This document shows positions 11,374 to 24,379 of a stretch of 64,000 nucleotides of DNA, piece after piece. The stretch comes from Chiloscyllium plagiosum (lineage: Eukaryota). Numbering within the stretch: the stretch's first letter is position 1; each line of letters begins with the position of its first letter. The notes under the pieces are model-generated. The model saw only the letters and a list, made by a program, of their open reading frames with translations. It searched no databases and was not told the origin of the DNA. The translations under genes and the position numbers were made by a program. The stretch spans positions 31,400,082 through 31,464,081 of the forward strand of contig NC_057720.1 in NCBI RefSeq assembly GCF_004010195.1, given 5' to 3'.

Positions 11374-13593
11374 CAAATCTTGATAAACCAGACTTTCCCA
11401 GTTGCTAGTCTTCCAACCTAAGTTTTCTTTGGAAATTACTTTATTAATTCTATTACTTTTGCTGTATAAGACCATGAGCTGTTGGCCCTCATCTCCACTG
11501 CACAAATTCAAAAACAGTTATGCATTAAATGTATACCAATGGTATTCATCATTGTTCATCTGTATACTAATGAATAACAATACGGCAGTTTTGAAGAAAG
11601 CTCAAATGGTATGAGGACCACAAACCTGTATGTTGTAAATTTATGACATTAGAACATGTTTGCGCAGTCTTTCATAACCAGCTTACACTCTCCCACACCC
11701 CAATCCCAGCTACAGCCATTGAGAGAAACCTATTCAGAGTTAGAATGCATCTTCAAAGTTGCTATCTGTAAAGTTGTTGTAAAGACCAGGAAATAACTCA
11801 GAACTGCTTCTACTCCAGTTATTTCACTGGAAGTGAAGTGGAAATCCTGTTTATTCCAAACTTCTGCTGAAGAATGAGACCAGCTCCTAGAAAAATCCTG
11901 GCGATGGTGTATTAAGCCATTTGGGTCAATATTCTGAGTCCTGACTGTAAACAGCACCAGTATTGTGGGGCTGCTTTGAGACAACATTATGATATTGGCT
12001 GCAGTTCAGCAATATAAAATACAGAACTCTTGATCTAAAAACATTTGCAACAAAGGGCCTTAATTTTCCACAGCAAAGGACAGGATTTTCCTTTATAAGA
12101 ATCATAACCTGCCATTTTCAAATGTTTGGAATGGTATTTTGTGGTTATCTTGAATAAACAGTATTCCCTGTTACTGAAGTGAGGCCTCAATGAGTAGACA
12201 CACTGGACTGATTAGAGAGGCTCTAGCAAGGATCCCTGTGCATGTTGTAAAGTTAAATTAATTCAAGGTTGTGGGAGAGAATTACCCAGTTTAATCAACA
12301 ACAGAAAAAAACACTCTATAACTTTGGTTCAGATTAGAAATGTCCGGGAGAACTTCATCTGCTCTCACCTTTCACACAAAGAATGTAAAGGGGGACAACA
12401 CAGGAAATCAGCATCACATTCAGCTGCAAGAGAAATAGCAATTAACACAAATTAACTCTTTTTTTTTGTCAATACCTTGCTTTTCATTCATTCAAACACC
12501 ATTGGGCCTAAGTTATTTGAGGAAACCTGAAATNNNNNNNNNNNNNNNNNNNNNNNNNNNNNNNNNNNNNNNNNNNNNNNNNNNNNNNNNNNNNNNNNNN
12601 NNNNNNNNNNNNNNNNNNNNNNNNNNNNNNNNNNNNNNNNNNNNNNNNNNNNNNNNNNNNNNNNNNNNNNNNNNNNNNNNNNNNNNNNNNNNNNNNNNNN
12701 NNNNNNNNNNNNNNNNNNNNNNNNNNNNNNNNNNNNNNNNNNNNNNNNNNNNNNNNNNNNNNNNNNNNNNNNNNNNNNNNNNNNNNNNNNNNNNNNNNNN
12801 NNNNNNNNNNNNNNNNNNNNNNNNNNNNNNNNNNNNNNNNNNNNNNNNNNNNNNNNNNNNNNNNNNNNNNNNNNNNNNNNNNNNNNNNNNNNNNNNNNNN
12901 NNNNNNNNNNNNNNNNNNNNNNNNNNNNNNNNNNNNNNNNNNNNNNNNNNNNNNNNNNNNNNNNNNNNNNNNNNNNNNNNNNNNNNNNNNNNNNNNNNNN
13001 NNNNNNNNNNNNNNNNNNNNNNNNNNNNNNNNNGAATGAGCCACTACAAAATCCGATAAAAGAAATGAAACCAGATGGACCATTTGACATTGATTAGGAG
13101 AATGAGAACACAATGAAACACACAGTCCTGGGTCAATCCTGAAAATACCACATTAACAACATCTAGGGTCTTGTGCCAAAACTGGGAGAACTGACTCAAA
13201 GACAAGTCAAGCAACAGTCTGATATGGGAATTTGCACACATTCATACCTCACAAACAATACCTAAAATATATCACTACCTGAATGCCTGGAATGGGTATG
13301 TCTTCTGACTATTGGTTGGACGGTTTCCACTTTGGCTTTTAGCAGTTTGAGGATAGACTTGATTGAAATGCATAAGATCCTGAATGACCTTGACAAGTTG
13401 CATGCAGAAGGATGTTTCCACTTATAGTTGAGTCCAAAACTAGGAGATGCTGATTAAAATTAGGGCTCACAATTTTAGGACAATCCAGAGAGGAATTTGT
13501 ATTCTAAAGAGTAGAATGCTCTTGGAATTCTCTGCCTCAGAAGCGATGGAGGTGGTTATTGAATATTTTTAAGGTGGCATTAGATAGACTCTT

Positions 13594-13723
13594 CGAGGAG
13601 AAAGGGAGGACTGCAGATGCTGGAGATCAGAGCTGAAAATGTGTTGCTGGAAAAGCGCAGCAGGTCAGGCAGCATCCAAGGAACAGGAGAATCGACGTTT
13701 CGGGCATAAGCCCTTCTTCAGGA
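13594..13723 (-). mobile_element. Penelope-like solo pLTR mini-element with hammerhead core
   Basis: 15 bp TSD ATTAGATAGACTCTT (13579-13593, 13724-13738); minus strand CTGAAGA-AGGGCTTATGCCC-GAAACGTC. Confidence 0.85.
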
Positions 13724-13829
13724 ATTAGATAGACTCTTGTTCGGCAAGGTTATCACAGTTAGATAGTAATATGGAATTTGAAGTACAAGATATATCTTAT
13801 TGAACAGAGTAGCAGGCTCATGGTGGGGA

Positions 13830-13925
13830 ATGGGGTCGAGAGTGTGGTGCTGCAAAAGCACAGCAGCTCAAGCAGCATCAGAAGAGCCGGAAAAACGACG
13901 TTTCAGGAAAAAGCTCTTCATCATG
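13830..13925 (-). mobile_element. Degenerate PLE pLTR copy
   Basis: Similar to 13594-13723; minus strand reads ATGATGA-AGAGCTTTTTCCT-GAAACGTC (decayed core). Confidence 0.65.
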
Positions 13926-14049
13926 AATCATGAAGAGGAATGGCATACTTCTGTTCCTAATTCATATAATGTACATCAGTTCATTTCAACATCACTAGAG
14001 GTGGCAACACAATAGACATTCAGGTGAGAATTGCCCTTGATGCCTTCAG

Positions 14050-14612
14050 TATTGACTCTGGACCCCATGAAGTTTCAAGGCATCAGGTCAAATATGAGAA
14101 AGGAAATTTCCTGCTGATTACCACCTACTGCCCCACCTATCACCTGATGAGGCAGCTTACCTCCATGTTGAACACCACCTGAAAAATGTACTGAGGGTGA
14201 TAAAGGTATAAAATGTACTCTAGGTGAGAGACTTCAATCACTATCATCAGGAGTGGCTCAGTAGCACCACTATTAATCATTAAGTCCTAAAGGACATAGC
14301 TACTATACTAGGCCTGGACCAAGTGGTGAAGGAACCAACAAGAGGGTTAAAACATATTTGGCGTCCTTCTCACCAATATACCTGCAGCAGATGTATTTGT
14401 CTATATAAGTACTGATAGGAGTGTCCACCATACACTCATGTGGAAATGAAGTCCTGCTTTCACTTAGAGGATATATCCCATCTTGTTGTGTGATACTACC
14501 ACCATGCAGAAAAGAGTATATTTCAAATAGAGTTAGCAACTCAAAATCCATGAGTCACTAGGGGACATCAGCAGCAGAATCATACTCCAATACAACCTGC
14601 AGCGTAATGGTC
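14050..14612 (+). mobile_element. Degenerate LINE AP-endonuclease fragment (CR1/L2 group)
   Basis: LLITTYCP and DFN-like motifs; probably the family whose 3' parts lie at 35680-36575 and 59290-59790. Confidence 0.55.
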
Positions 14613-14743
14613 TGGGCAAATGGATTAGCTCAGCATGGTCTATTTGCACAGGTGTAATAAAGGTTTTTGCTTTGATTGATAAACGTCTTTTTGATAAATT
14701 ATGATGAACTGTTCTTTCTTTAAACTGTATCAGTTCTTTTCAG

Positions 14744-14957
14744 GATTAGCGGTGCTGGAAAAGCACAGCAGTTCAGGCAGCATCCGAGGAGCAGTAAAAT
14801 CAACGTTTCGGGCAAAAGCCCTTCATCAGGAATACAGGAATCCTGCCCAAAATGTCGATTTTACTGCTCCTCGGATGCTGCCTGAACTGCTGTGCTTTTC
14901 CAGCACCACTAATCCAGAATCTGGTTTCCAGCATCTGCAGTCATTGTTTTTACCTAG
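14744..14957. mobile_element. Fold-back (inverted) PLE pLTR mini-element
   Basis: 11 bp TSD GTTCTTTTCAG (14733-14743, 14958-14968); inverted arms; intact CTGATGA...GAAACGTT core on the minus strand. Confidence 0.85.
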
Positions 14958-15745
14958 GTTCTTTTCAGCATTGAACCCAATATCCTTATGCCGACTTGGA
15001 TAGGATCAAGAATTTTTAGTAAGGTAAATCTTCTGTTATGCATACTATAATAGTCTAATTGAAACATTTGTAGAGTTACAAGAGCAGTGTTTGTTTATCA
15101 AAGGAAATGTTTGAGTGGTTATTTGTTATAGCACACTTCAAGGCTTACCATTGTTATTACATAGTTTACTGGTTCTTCAGTGCATACTGGGTGAGTGGGT
15201 ACAGAGGATGCCAGGTCACAGTGGAATTGGTATGCTGGACATGCACGTGGTATCAAAGGGTTGTAAGAGCATGGAGGAAGGGGAATGGAGAACATCAACG
15301 AAGCGGAAAGCTTGCAAGATCATAGGTAAATCCCTTTTATAATATACCTTTCAAAGGGTTCCAAAATCCAAACCATGTTTGTCAACTTCTCTGAGGGGCT
15401 GTGAGTCATATGTCATCGAGAAGTTAGACCAATTACATAAAAAGTGCTGGGGTATGTGGGGATCAGAAAGATGGGTATGGAATGCTTGCCCCTCTCAGTA
15501 GAATTGCTGTACTTAACAGTGCTGGCTGGGGACTCATCACTCACAGTCATATCCTGCTCTGGCAAAACTTTCCAGTAAAGGAATGGGGACAGGAGTCAGC
15601 TCAACTCCATGAAAATTCAATCTATTGTTTTCTGTAGTCAAACCAATGTCAGAAAATACACTCAAGTAATCAACAGAAAATATTTCTGAGCTGGACTTAG
15701 AATGTTTCGAAAGTGAGCAGCCTATAGAGTTATAAAGTTTATTTA

Positions 15746-15964
15746 CAGTCAGTTCTACTGTAACGCCGTAGTTCTGTTCTTATGTAATTCCATGTTATAA
15801 GAAAATCATGTAATAGCAGCACCATTTAAACTAATGGGACCAGAATTGCATCATAACCAATACATGCTTTAAAACTTCACGGTTTAGAATCAGTGTCTTC
15901 AATTCATCAATTGTATTATAGCAAATTCATGTTAATGAAACACGCGTTATGGTAGAACAATCTG
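15746..15964. mobile_element. Tigger/pogo-type MITE
   Basis: TA on both sides; imperfect TIRs CAGTCAGTTCTACTGTAACGC and GCGTTATGGTAGAACAATCTG. Confidence 0.8.
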
Positions 15965-17232
15965 TACTGAAAGAATATTTATAAGAAACCATGGAATATA
16001 TATACTCCTTGGAACTATCACATCATATATTCAAGATGTTTACTTTACGCCCTGTTTAGAGTTATGAAGTATCTTCTGCCTAAAATTTGTAACAATTGCT
16101 AAGGAATTATGAAACAGCATTTGAACTGAATGACCTTCCTCAATTCAGAACCAATGTGCAACATTTTCAATTGATTTCTGTTTTGAACTAAGATGCTAGT
16201 TTACTAGACATTATTGTTCTTGTCAAGTTGGAAAAGCTGTGTAAAAATGTGGGTATTTAACTTTTATGAAAATCTTGCCATCACCATTTTAAATACAAGT
16301 TGTCATCACAAATTGAATTATGTGTCAAGTCACTTTTTGGAACTATTTAACTCTGTTACCATTTGTGGCTCGAAATTTCAGTTTCAAATTATAGCTTGCA
16401 AAACAGAGCAATCAAATGCACAGAAGGCCTGATGAATAAATATCCAATAAAAATTGACTAACGACAGTTGAAAAGAACAATCGGCAATGATCAGTTAGCA
16501 CTAGCCATCATTAAAGAAACAAAGGAAATTAATTAAATTGTCCAAGCATTCTTGATTTCTGCTTAGGAACATGCTTAAATTCAGCAATTTGTTATTTCCT
16601 GATCTGAAATTGTCCTTGATCCCAGAAACTCAAGTCTCCAACTGGAGCAGTAAAGCATTCACCACTAGAACAATAGGCCCGCCAGTCCTCTAACATTTAT
16701 AATTGACAGGGAGATGGCAGTTCATTGCACTGCCATGGTAGGTATGTCCCCATCAACTGCCCAATCTATACAGGAGTTCCACGAGGAGATTTACCAACCC
16801 AGTGCAACTGAATAGCATCCTCTGGGGAGACTTTCCTGTTTCTATCCATTTATTTCTTAACAATTTCATATTCTCTTGAATCCCTTCAAGAAGCATTGCT
16901 ACATTTCACCAAGAATAGGTCGGCAATGCCTCCCTCTCCTATGAACTTCTACCATCAAGAAGAACAAAAGCAATTTCCCCTTCATATCCTACATTGTCTT
17001 CGCTTATAACTGTTCTTATTCCTGTATCTTACCTGAGTTGGAATCCTGCACATACCTAGAATGATCATCACAGGGACTTATAGTAGTTAAAGGAGATAGC
17101 CTATCACCAGCTTCTAGGGATAACCAGAAGTTCCAATAAATGGTCATAGAGTCATATAGCACAGAGACAAGCCCTTTGGCCCAAACGGGTCCATGCCAAT
17201 CAAAATGTCCATCAACACTAACCCCATTTCCC

Positions 17233-17323
17233 AAGTTAAAAATCACACAACACCAGGTTATAGTCCAACAGGTTTAATTGGAAGCACACTAGCTTTCGGA
17301 GCGACGCTCCTTCATCAGGTGAT
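17233..17323 (-). mobile_element. Second PLE-type pLTR mini-element (about 90 bp) inside a CR1 3'UTR
   Basis: Interrupts the CR1 3'UTR and begins with a canonical hammerhead core; no clear TSD. Confidence 0.7.
17287..17321 (-). ncRNA. Minimal type I hammerhead ribozyme motif
   Basis: CAC-CUGAUGA-A-GGAGC-GUC-GCUCC-GAAA-GC-UA-GUG: stem I CAC/GUG, 5 bp stem II, palindromic AGCU stem III, CUA triplet. Activity not demonstrated. Confidence 0.75.
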
Positions 17324-19885
17324 ACACACTTGGCCCATATCCTTCTAAATCTTTCCTATCCATTTAATTGTCCAAATGCCTTTTAAATGTTGTTAATGTA
17401 CCCACCTTAACCATTTCCACTGGGAGCTCATTCCATATGCATACCACCCTCTGTCTAAAAAAATTGCCCCTCAGGTTCCCTTTTATTCTTTCCCCTCTAA
17501 CCTTAAATTGATGCCCTCTAGTCCTCAATTCTCCAATCCTGGGGAAAAAAACTAAGTGCATTCACCCTATCCATGCCTCTCATGATCTTATACACTTCTA
17601 TAAAGATACCCCCTCAATCTCCTACACTCTAAAGAAAAATGTCCTAGCTTGTCTAACCTCTCCCTATAACTCAGACTGTTGAGTCCTAGCAACAACCTTG
17701 TAAATTTCGTCTGCATTCTTTCCAGTTTAATAACATATTTCTTATAGCAAGGTGACCAAAACTGAACATAGCATTCCAAGTGCGGCCCAGTATCAGTTGC
17801 CACAGCTTCTGCCTATCTAAGGTGAGTCTTTTGTGGCATTTTGGAGTCCTGTGATTTACCGGGCATTGGATGAGCAAGGAATCTTTTACTTTTAGTTTTG
17901 CAGAGACCAAGACCAGCAGAGACCGCAATTCCAATGCTAGTCCAAGAGTGCTCGTCTTGGGATTAGTTCCTTTGCCCCCAGGCTCTGATAATCAGCTGAT
18001 TCAGTAGGAGACATCTTCATCTGCATTTGTTTGCACATGCATGCTTTCCCAGGTGCAGATATGGCAGAGAGGACATAACAACTCTGATTTTAGTGGGATT
18101 GTTACAGTACACACCATCTGCAAAATAGATGGTACACTTTCGAGTCAGACGTCATGGAGTTCTGGCTGTTCTAAGCAGCAAGGTTTTATTCCTTTAACTT
18201 TTATCAGAGTATCATCTGAACATGATCAAATTCACTACCTTACCAGAAGCAAGGCTTCAGCAGCAAGGCCCCAGTCAGATGCACATGGGAATGGTTTCTA
18301 CCAGTCAGTTGGCGAGAGTATGGGCATAATTTGGAGGTACTTGGAGGGACCAGGGTGGCAGTTGTGGTTGGTGCTGCTTGAGGAGACTGGGCATGGGAGT
18401 GGGCAGTGTCTTGCCATGGTTGAGGGATGAAAAGATCCCAGTGCAAGAGGAAAGGGAGATTTATAGGAAAGATAGGGATAACTATTTTTGGAAGAGCGTG
18501 AACAGAGACATGATGTTCTTTCTCTTGTCTCCATAAAGACGTAAAAGAAAAGTTAACAAAAACATTGTTTTCATCCACTTTTGACCCTGACTAATCTGAC
18601 TGATCGATCTGCTTTAAAGCTGTCTGCAGAGTGTCCTCCTCCCAGTGTGAAATTTCTGACCACTGGCCATCTGATGCATCCCATCCATTTTATGTATGAC
18701 CGTAAATGATGGAATGCAGTTGTCACTACCTGCTAAAGTCAGGGTGGTACATTCTCTGTGTTAGCCCTGTCCTGCCCCATTCCCATCCCTTGTTAAAGTT
18801 AGGGGAAAGAGTTTGTTCACATCTGAATTCAGGCTAACTTGCGTATATTTACCCAGTTAATTCCTTTCTACCTTCTGGAGCAAGATTGTTGCATCAGCAC
18901 AACTTGCTGATGAAAGGAGGATTCAAAATTGGCCCACAGCCTTTATCATGATCAGGGTCAGTGACTTGGTCTCCTTGAATTCTGCAATTTTTTTCATACA
19001 TTCTATATCCACTATAGTATGCCTGTCTTCTTAGTTTTCAAATCATTTTTAAAAACTTATAGAGAATTTTGCTAACTTTACGATTATACATTCTTCCTCC
19101 ATAATCTTATCAACAGTTCCTCATGGCAACTAGCTGCATAGAAGACTTTGTTAATAAGCTGGTGCAGAACTGCTGTGCTGAAATCCTCCAGGAGGCTAGC
19201 ACAGCAGGAATGTGAGGATGTGCCACTCTGCTCATACCATTGATCCCACACTGAGGTTTGCAATGTTGGAGAGCAGATAAGGATGGTGCACATGAGAATC
19301 TGTGGCATCCCCCCAGGAATTTCCAACCCCCTTGAAACCTGAAACATCGATGGTGGCCATGGTAGGCTGTGGGTGAGAATAAGGAGACTCTCTCTCCCCC
19401 TCCTTACCACCGCAAAACAATCTGTCAACTTCACAGGCCTCCCACTTCCAGCTCCCTTCAGTGGGGGTGTATTGACAGGGAGTTTCCATTTGCAGGGACT
19501 TCAGGAAATAGCTACTAATTAAACAGGCTGCCTCATGAAGCAACTTGTCAACAATGTGCCCAGACCATCCTGAAAGCAGGAAAGTGCTAGGAAGAAGACT
19601 TGAAATGGCACTCCCACTATTTTTCCAGTCTCCTCAATTCCAAGTCCATTTCCAAAACTATGTCGAGGAAAACTCAGCTCAGGATTCCCTGCCTTTGGAT
19701 CATCCTTGTCCAAACTTGTCCCCATAATGCCATCCCAGCAACACAGGGCATAAGACCAGGACAAAATTAAGAAGCATTAGCCTGAACCAGGCAGCACTGA
19801 GTCCAGCTGCATTTAATTTGTTTTTCTCTTTTTTTCTCTCATTCCAGGACTTTAAAATCTTTTTTTAAAATAAGATGCCCAGAAC

Positions 19886-20020
19886 TGAAATAGCTGCACA
19901 GAGGCTGGTATCCCATCACCAAGCTGCCCTTTGTTTACTTGTGTACAGTACACTGGCTGTGGCCAGCCAGCTCAGAGTCAGTCCCCAAAACTGAGGAGAT
20001 TCTAATTCTCTGTTAATTAT
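19886..20020 (-). mobile_element. LTR fragment related to 1284-1511
   Basis: TGAAATAGCTGCACAGAGGCTGGTATCCCATCACCAAG is the approximate reverse complement of the 1470-1511 LTR end. Confidence 0.6.
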
Positions 20021-20109
20021 TTTTACCCCTTACTCCCACGCTATTGCGACATAGCAATAGTGCTTATTCTGCCCCACAGCATCTGTGTTGTGTGTGTAAG
20101 TGCTGGAGA

Positions 20110-20330
20110 GAATTGGTTTAGCTCAGTTGGCTGGATCATTCATTTGCAGAGCAGTGTGAAGCTAACAGTGTGGGTTCAATTCCCATCACCAGTTTGAGGC
20201 TACCATGGAGGACTTTCCTACTCAACCTCTTCCCTCACCTGAGGTCTGGTGGTCCTCAGGTTAAATCACCACCAGTTGCTTCTCTCTAATAAGAGAGTAG
20301 CACCTATGGTCTGGTAAGACTATGGTGACA
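20110..20330 (+). mobile_element. tRNA-derived SINE
   Basis: A-box TTAGCTCAGTTGG and B-box GGTTCAATTCCC followed by a non-tRNA body. Confidence 0.65.
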
Positions 20331-20479
20331 CAACATTGTAAGTGCCAGGACTCAGTGAAGACTGCATTATTCAAATAATTGTAGTCAATACTTCCACCAC
20401 CAGGAAACCAGTAACAAGCAAAGCCTGATAAGGGCAATTCTCACATGAAAAAGGTGAAGGGGGAGGATAGGGATTAAAT

Positions 20480-20790
20480 CAAAATAGAATTGGAGGGGGA
20501 AATAAAGTACTCCATCCCACCTCTCCCTGAAGGCATAGAGAGCATTGGTGGACACCGTGCGCTCCCTCTCCTCTCCGTGGGCTCGAACACAGATGGGAAA
20601 AAAGGGACAGATAGTCCGTCAAAATGACCCCCTCCATGGCCCGCTGCCTGGACCCATTTACAGCCAGCCTGGTCAGACCCAGGAGCAGACCCACGAGGAG
20701 ATCGTCCAACCAGCCCGTACCCCTCTGCACTGAGTGTCCAAATATTAGACTGTGGGGCTGAAGTGCAACCAAAAACAGAGCAAAAGGTCC
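20480..20790 (-). mobile_element. Tx1-clade non-LTR retrotransposon ORF2 C-terminal remnant
   Basis: PHSLIFGHSVQRG...DLLVGLLLGLTRLAVNGSRQRAMEGV..DYLSLF resembles Tx1 ORF2 C-termini (recognised from memory, not searched). Confidence 0.65.
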
Positions 20791-20795
20791 TTCAG

Positions 20796-21765
20796 GTCAT
20801 AGAGTCATAGAGATGTACAGCATGGAAACAGACCCTTTGATCCAACCCGTCCATGCCGACCAGATATCCCAACCCAATCTAGTCCCACTGCCAGCACCCG
20901 GCCCATATCCCTCACAACCCTTCCTATTTATATACCCATCCAAATGCCTCTTAAATGTTACAATTGTACCAGCTTCCTCTGGCAGCTCATTCCATACACA
21001 TACCACCAAAAAGTTGCCCCTTAGGTCTCTTTTATATCTTTCCCCTCTCACCCTAAACCTATGCCCTCTAGTTCTGGACTCCCGACTCCAGGGAAAAGAC
21101 TTTGCCTATTTAATCTATCCATGCCCCTCATAATTTTGTAAACCTCTATAAGGTCACCCCTCAGCCTCCGACACTCCAGGGAAAACATCCCCAGCCTGTT
21201 CAGCCTCTCCCTATAATAGCTCAAATCCTCCAACCCTGGCAACATCCTTGTAAATCTCTTCTGAACCCTTTCAACTTTCACATCTTTCCGATAGGAAGGA
21301 GACCAGAATTGCACACAATATTCCAACAGTGGCCTAACCAATGTCCTGTACAGCTGCAATATGACCTCCCAACTCCTGTACTCAATACTCTGACCAATAA
21401 AGGAAAGCATATCAAGCGCCTTCTTCACTATCCTATCTACCTACGACTCCACTTTCAAGGAGCTATGAACCTGCACTCCAAGGTCTCTTTGTTCAGCAAC
21501 ACTCCCTAGGACCTTACCATTAAGTGTATAAGTCCTGCTAAGATTTGCATTCCCAAAATGCAGCACCTCGCATTTATCTAAATTAAAATCCATCTGCCAC
21601 AAAAAGTAGAGGACCCAGCACCGATCCTTGTGGCACTCCACTGGTCACAGGCCTTCAGTGTGAAAAATAACCCTCCACCACCACCCTCTGTCTTCCACCT
21701 TTGAGCCAGTTCTATATCCAAATGGCTACTTCTCCTTGTATTCCATGAGATCTAACCTTGCTCAT
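20796..21765 (-). mobile_element. Truncated CR1/HER1 LINE
   Basis: RPLLEYCVQFWSP, RLRGDLIEVYKIM; (CTATGACT)n tail. Confidence 0.92.
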
Positions 21766-22770
21766 TTAAAAGGAAGAGCAAATGCCCACAACCATGGTCC
21801 ACGGATTTCACAGCGCTGCAAAACGAAGAGTTGGGCTGGGAGTTTGTGAACCAATCAATCTGCGGTTACATCTGGCTGCATTTAAAAGCAGTCATATGGC
21901 CGTAACATATAAATGGCCAATCATTCATATCAGTTGGTGAAACTGATATTTTCTTTAATTCCTTCATGGAATATGAGTTTTGATTCAACAGGAGCATCAA
22001 TCTGCCAGAGGTAACTGTATTCTGCATTGAAAGTAAATAAAGTATTTAGGAGTAGCTTGGATTATAACAGATGTGGTTTGCCAAGAAACAGTACATATTG
22101 TCATTGGGGTCCGTATTTATGTTGTATCATACATAGTTAATCATTGTAGTCTGTTCTGTTGTATTCAATCAAACTTCAGGTAATTACTTCAGAGGGTAGT
22201 TTCTCTTCCTCCTCAGTAATGAACAAATTTCTCAATATTAAAAGATTTTGTAATTAGCTGTCCTGTGGTGAGAACCTGGAACCTTTTCCAATGGAACAGT
22301 TGAGACAAATAGTATACATGCACTTTAAAGAAAGGTCTGTGGAAAAAAGATAATAAAGGGTTGTGCTTCATGCACTTTGTGGTTTTCTATGTTTGTCAAC
22401 ACAACATATATCACAGAGTTCTGAGTCTGAGTCTTCATCCCGTATGTTAGGTGGCTGATGCCATGCAGTTTCTCTGTGTGACCTATTTCTTCAGAGGTTC
22501 TGACCATTGCTCATTATAATATCATTTGACCTAGATTGGACTCAATGACATGCTATCTTTTCCTGAAGTCATCTGTTCATATAAAAATTTCAAACTTATC
22601 CATTACGTTCTTATTTGAGTTGGAATAACTCTCTGTGTGTTCATGGATCATGCTCTTGTATCATTTTCTCCTTTTATTTCAACAATAAGATATGCACATG
22701 TGGTTGGATGGTGTGAATGTGGGAAGGAAGAAGAGCACAGATCATTTCTTTGCTTTTGTTTAGTGCTTTC

Positions 22771-23785
22771 TGTGACACTATTCAATTGAGTGCAGTTTTG
22801 AGAAGAGACCGTAGCATTTTGACCATCACTGTTTTTTCTTTACTTTTCTCATTTTTGGCTGGGAACTGTAAGCTGAAGTTGAGAATCAAACATTGAACTT
22901 TGAACATCAGCTTGGTTGTTTCTTAAAAAAAAGAAACAAATTGATTTCCGCACATGAAAACCAGTCTGAAAAGATAATTACAGTTTAATTATTGCTCTCA
23001 GAACACTGCAGACATCTCGTCACCAAGATCTGTTATGGTCAAGGAATGACAGTTGGTTAGATGTTGCATTCGTCAATCAAGGGGATGTCAGTGCTGGTTG
23101 ACCAACCACAGAAAGTGTAACAGAAAGAGAGACTAAACATTGAATTGTGTTTACCAGGGTTTCTTTGTGCAAGAGGCTGTCTGCTTGGAAGCTGCTGGAC
23201 TGGAAACCTGCATTTTTCAGTTTTACTCTCTTTAGTTTTATGTTCAGTTCAAGAATTGTTGAATATCCTGAGAAAAGCATCCCAGTTTATCAGATATAAG
23301 TGATCATTTCTGGAAGTCTGCTGGAAGTAGTTTGTATTGAATGGTGACTTTGGAATTCAAGCAAGGTACAACCTTATGTGCCGAAAATATAATGCTTCAT
23401 TCAAGGATTCCTTGAAGATCTGGTACTCATTGTTGAAACGGTTATTGAACTGGTCTATTATAACTTTTTTTTTCTAATTTATCATGTAACTCTGTCTGTC
23501 TGTCTATCTGTCTAGTTATACAGGTGAGGTTTACGATCAAGAAGATTGGGTTTAAACATAGACATTAGTTAGATTACCTGTTGTTAGCTTTGCTCTGCTA
23601 AATTTAACTGCATTAATAATTAATTGTTAATTTCTGAAATTTGGAGTCTGATATCTTATTCTTAAAGTCTGGTTGGGAACAACTGGACAACTTTGAATGT
23701 CACCAAATGTTTTAATTTCACTGTGTTATTTGTTCTGCTTTAGCAAGTCTGACTTGGCCTAATTTTCTATCCCTGTGTCGTAACA
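22771..23785 (+). mobile_element. Possible solo LTR
   Basis: Ends GTGTCGTAACA like other LTR ends here; left boundary uncertain and no TSD found. Confidence 0.35.
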
Positions 23786-24379
23786 ATGCTGAACAAATGG
23801 AGAACATCCATTTTCTACATGCTTTGGAAGGGTGCCCTATTGTACTGTGTACCGGTGTCAGAAGAACACAAAACATACTGATATGGTGATCAATGTGTCA
23901 ACAACCATTGCACAAGTGGTCTCTTTAAGCTATCATACAAAAGAGGATTTGGTGAAATAGTCAGTCTTGGATGTGCATCTTGGATGGGAATGGCTTAAGA
24001 GGTCAGCATTTTGATGTAAAGTGTTGGTCATTCAGCTGACAGAGCATTTTCACTGAGTACATGCTAAGGCTGAAGAACATTCTTAATTAATGATATAGAT
24101 GTTGCCCATATCTAATACATCTCACTGTATGGAGAAGTGTTTACAGCCCTCAGCATGTGTTAACATGGACTCCTCTGAGACCTAAAAACTTTTTCAGATC
24201 ATTATGTTCCCAATGAAGGTCAGTTCTACCAAGAGTGCTATGCCCTGCCATTGGTGGGATGTCGGTTGCGGTGGCTGCCTTCCTAATAAGATACAGGCAG
24301 ATACAGGAAGGTCAGGAACAAGGCCAGGAGCAGCAGCAGGTTGATGAGGATTATGGAATAGCTGCCTCAGCAAAGAAGG

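Larger units (their letters stand above)
13340..13965 (+). mobile_element. Old CR1 3' fragment hosting two PLE mini-insertions
   Basis: Degenerate DLIE..KIL and WNSLP motifs. Confidence 0.6.
17143..17790 (-). mobile_element. Truncated CR1 3' fragment
   Basis: PHLECYVQFWSP, FFRQRVVCIWNELP; (CTATGACT)-type tail. Confidence 0.9.

Noticed and set aside
11730..11987. 85 aa minus-strand ORF
   Set aside because: No recognisable domain; length compatible with chance.
15181..15325. Plus-strand exon candidate (TTCTTCAG...AG|GTAAAT)
   Set aside because: No recognisable peptide and no partner exons.
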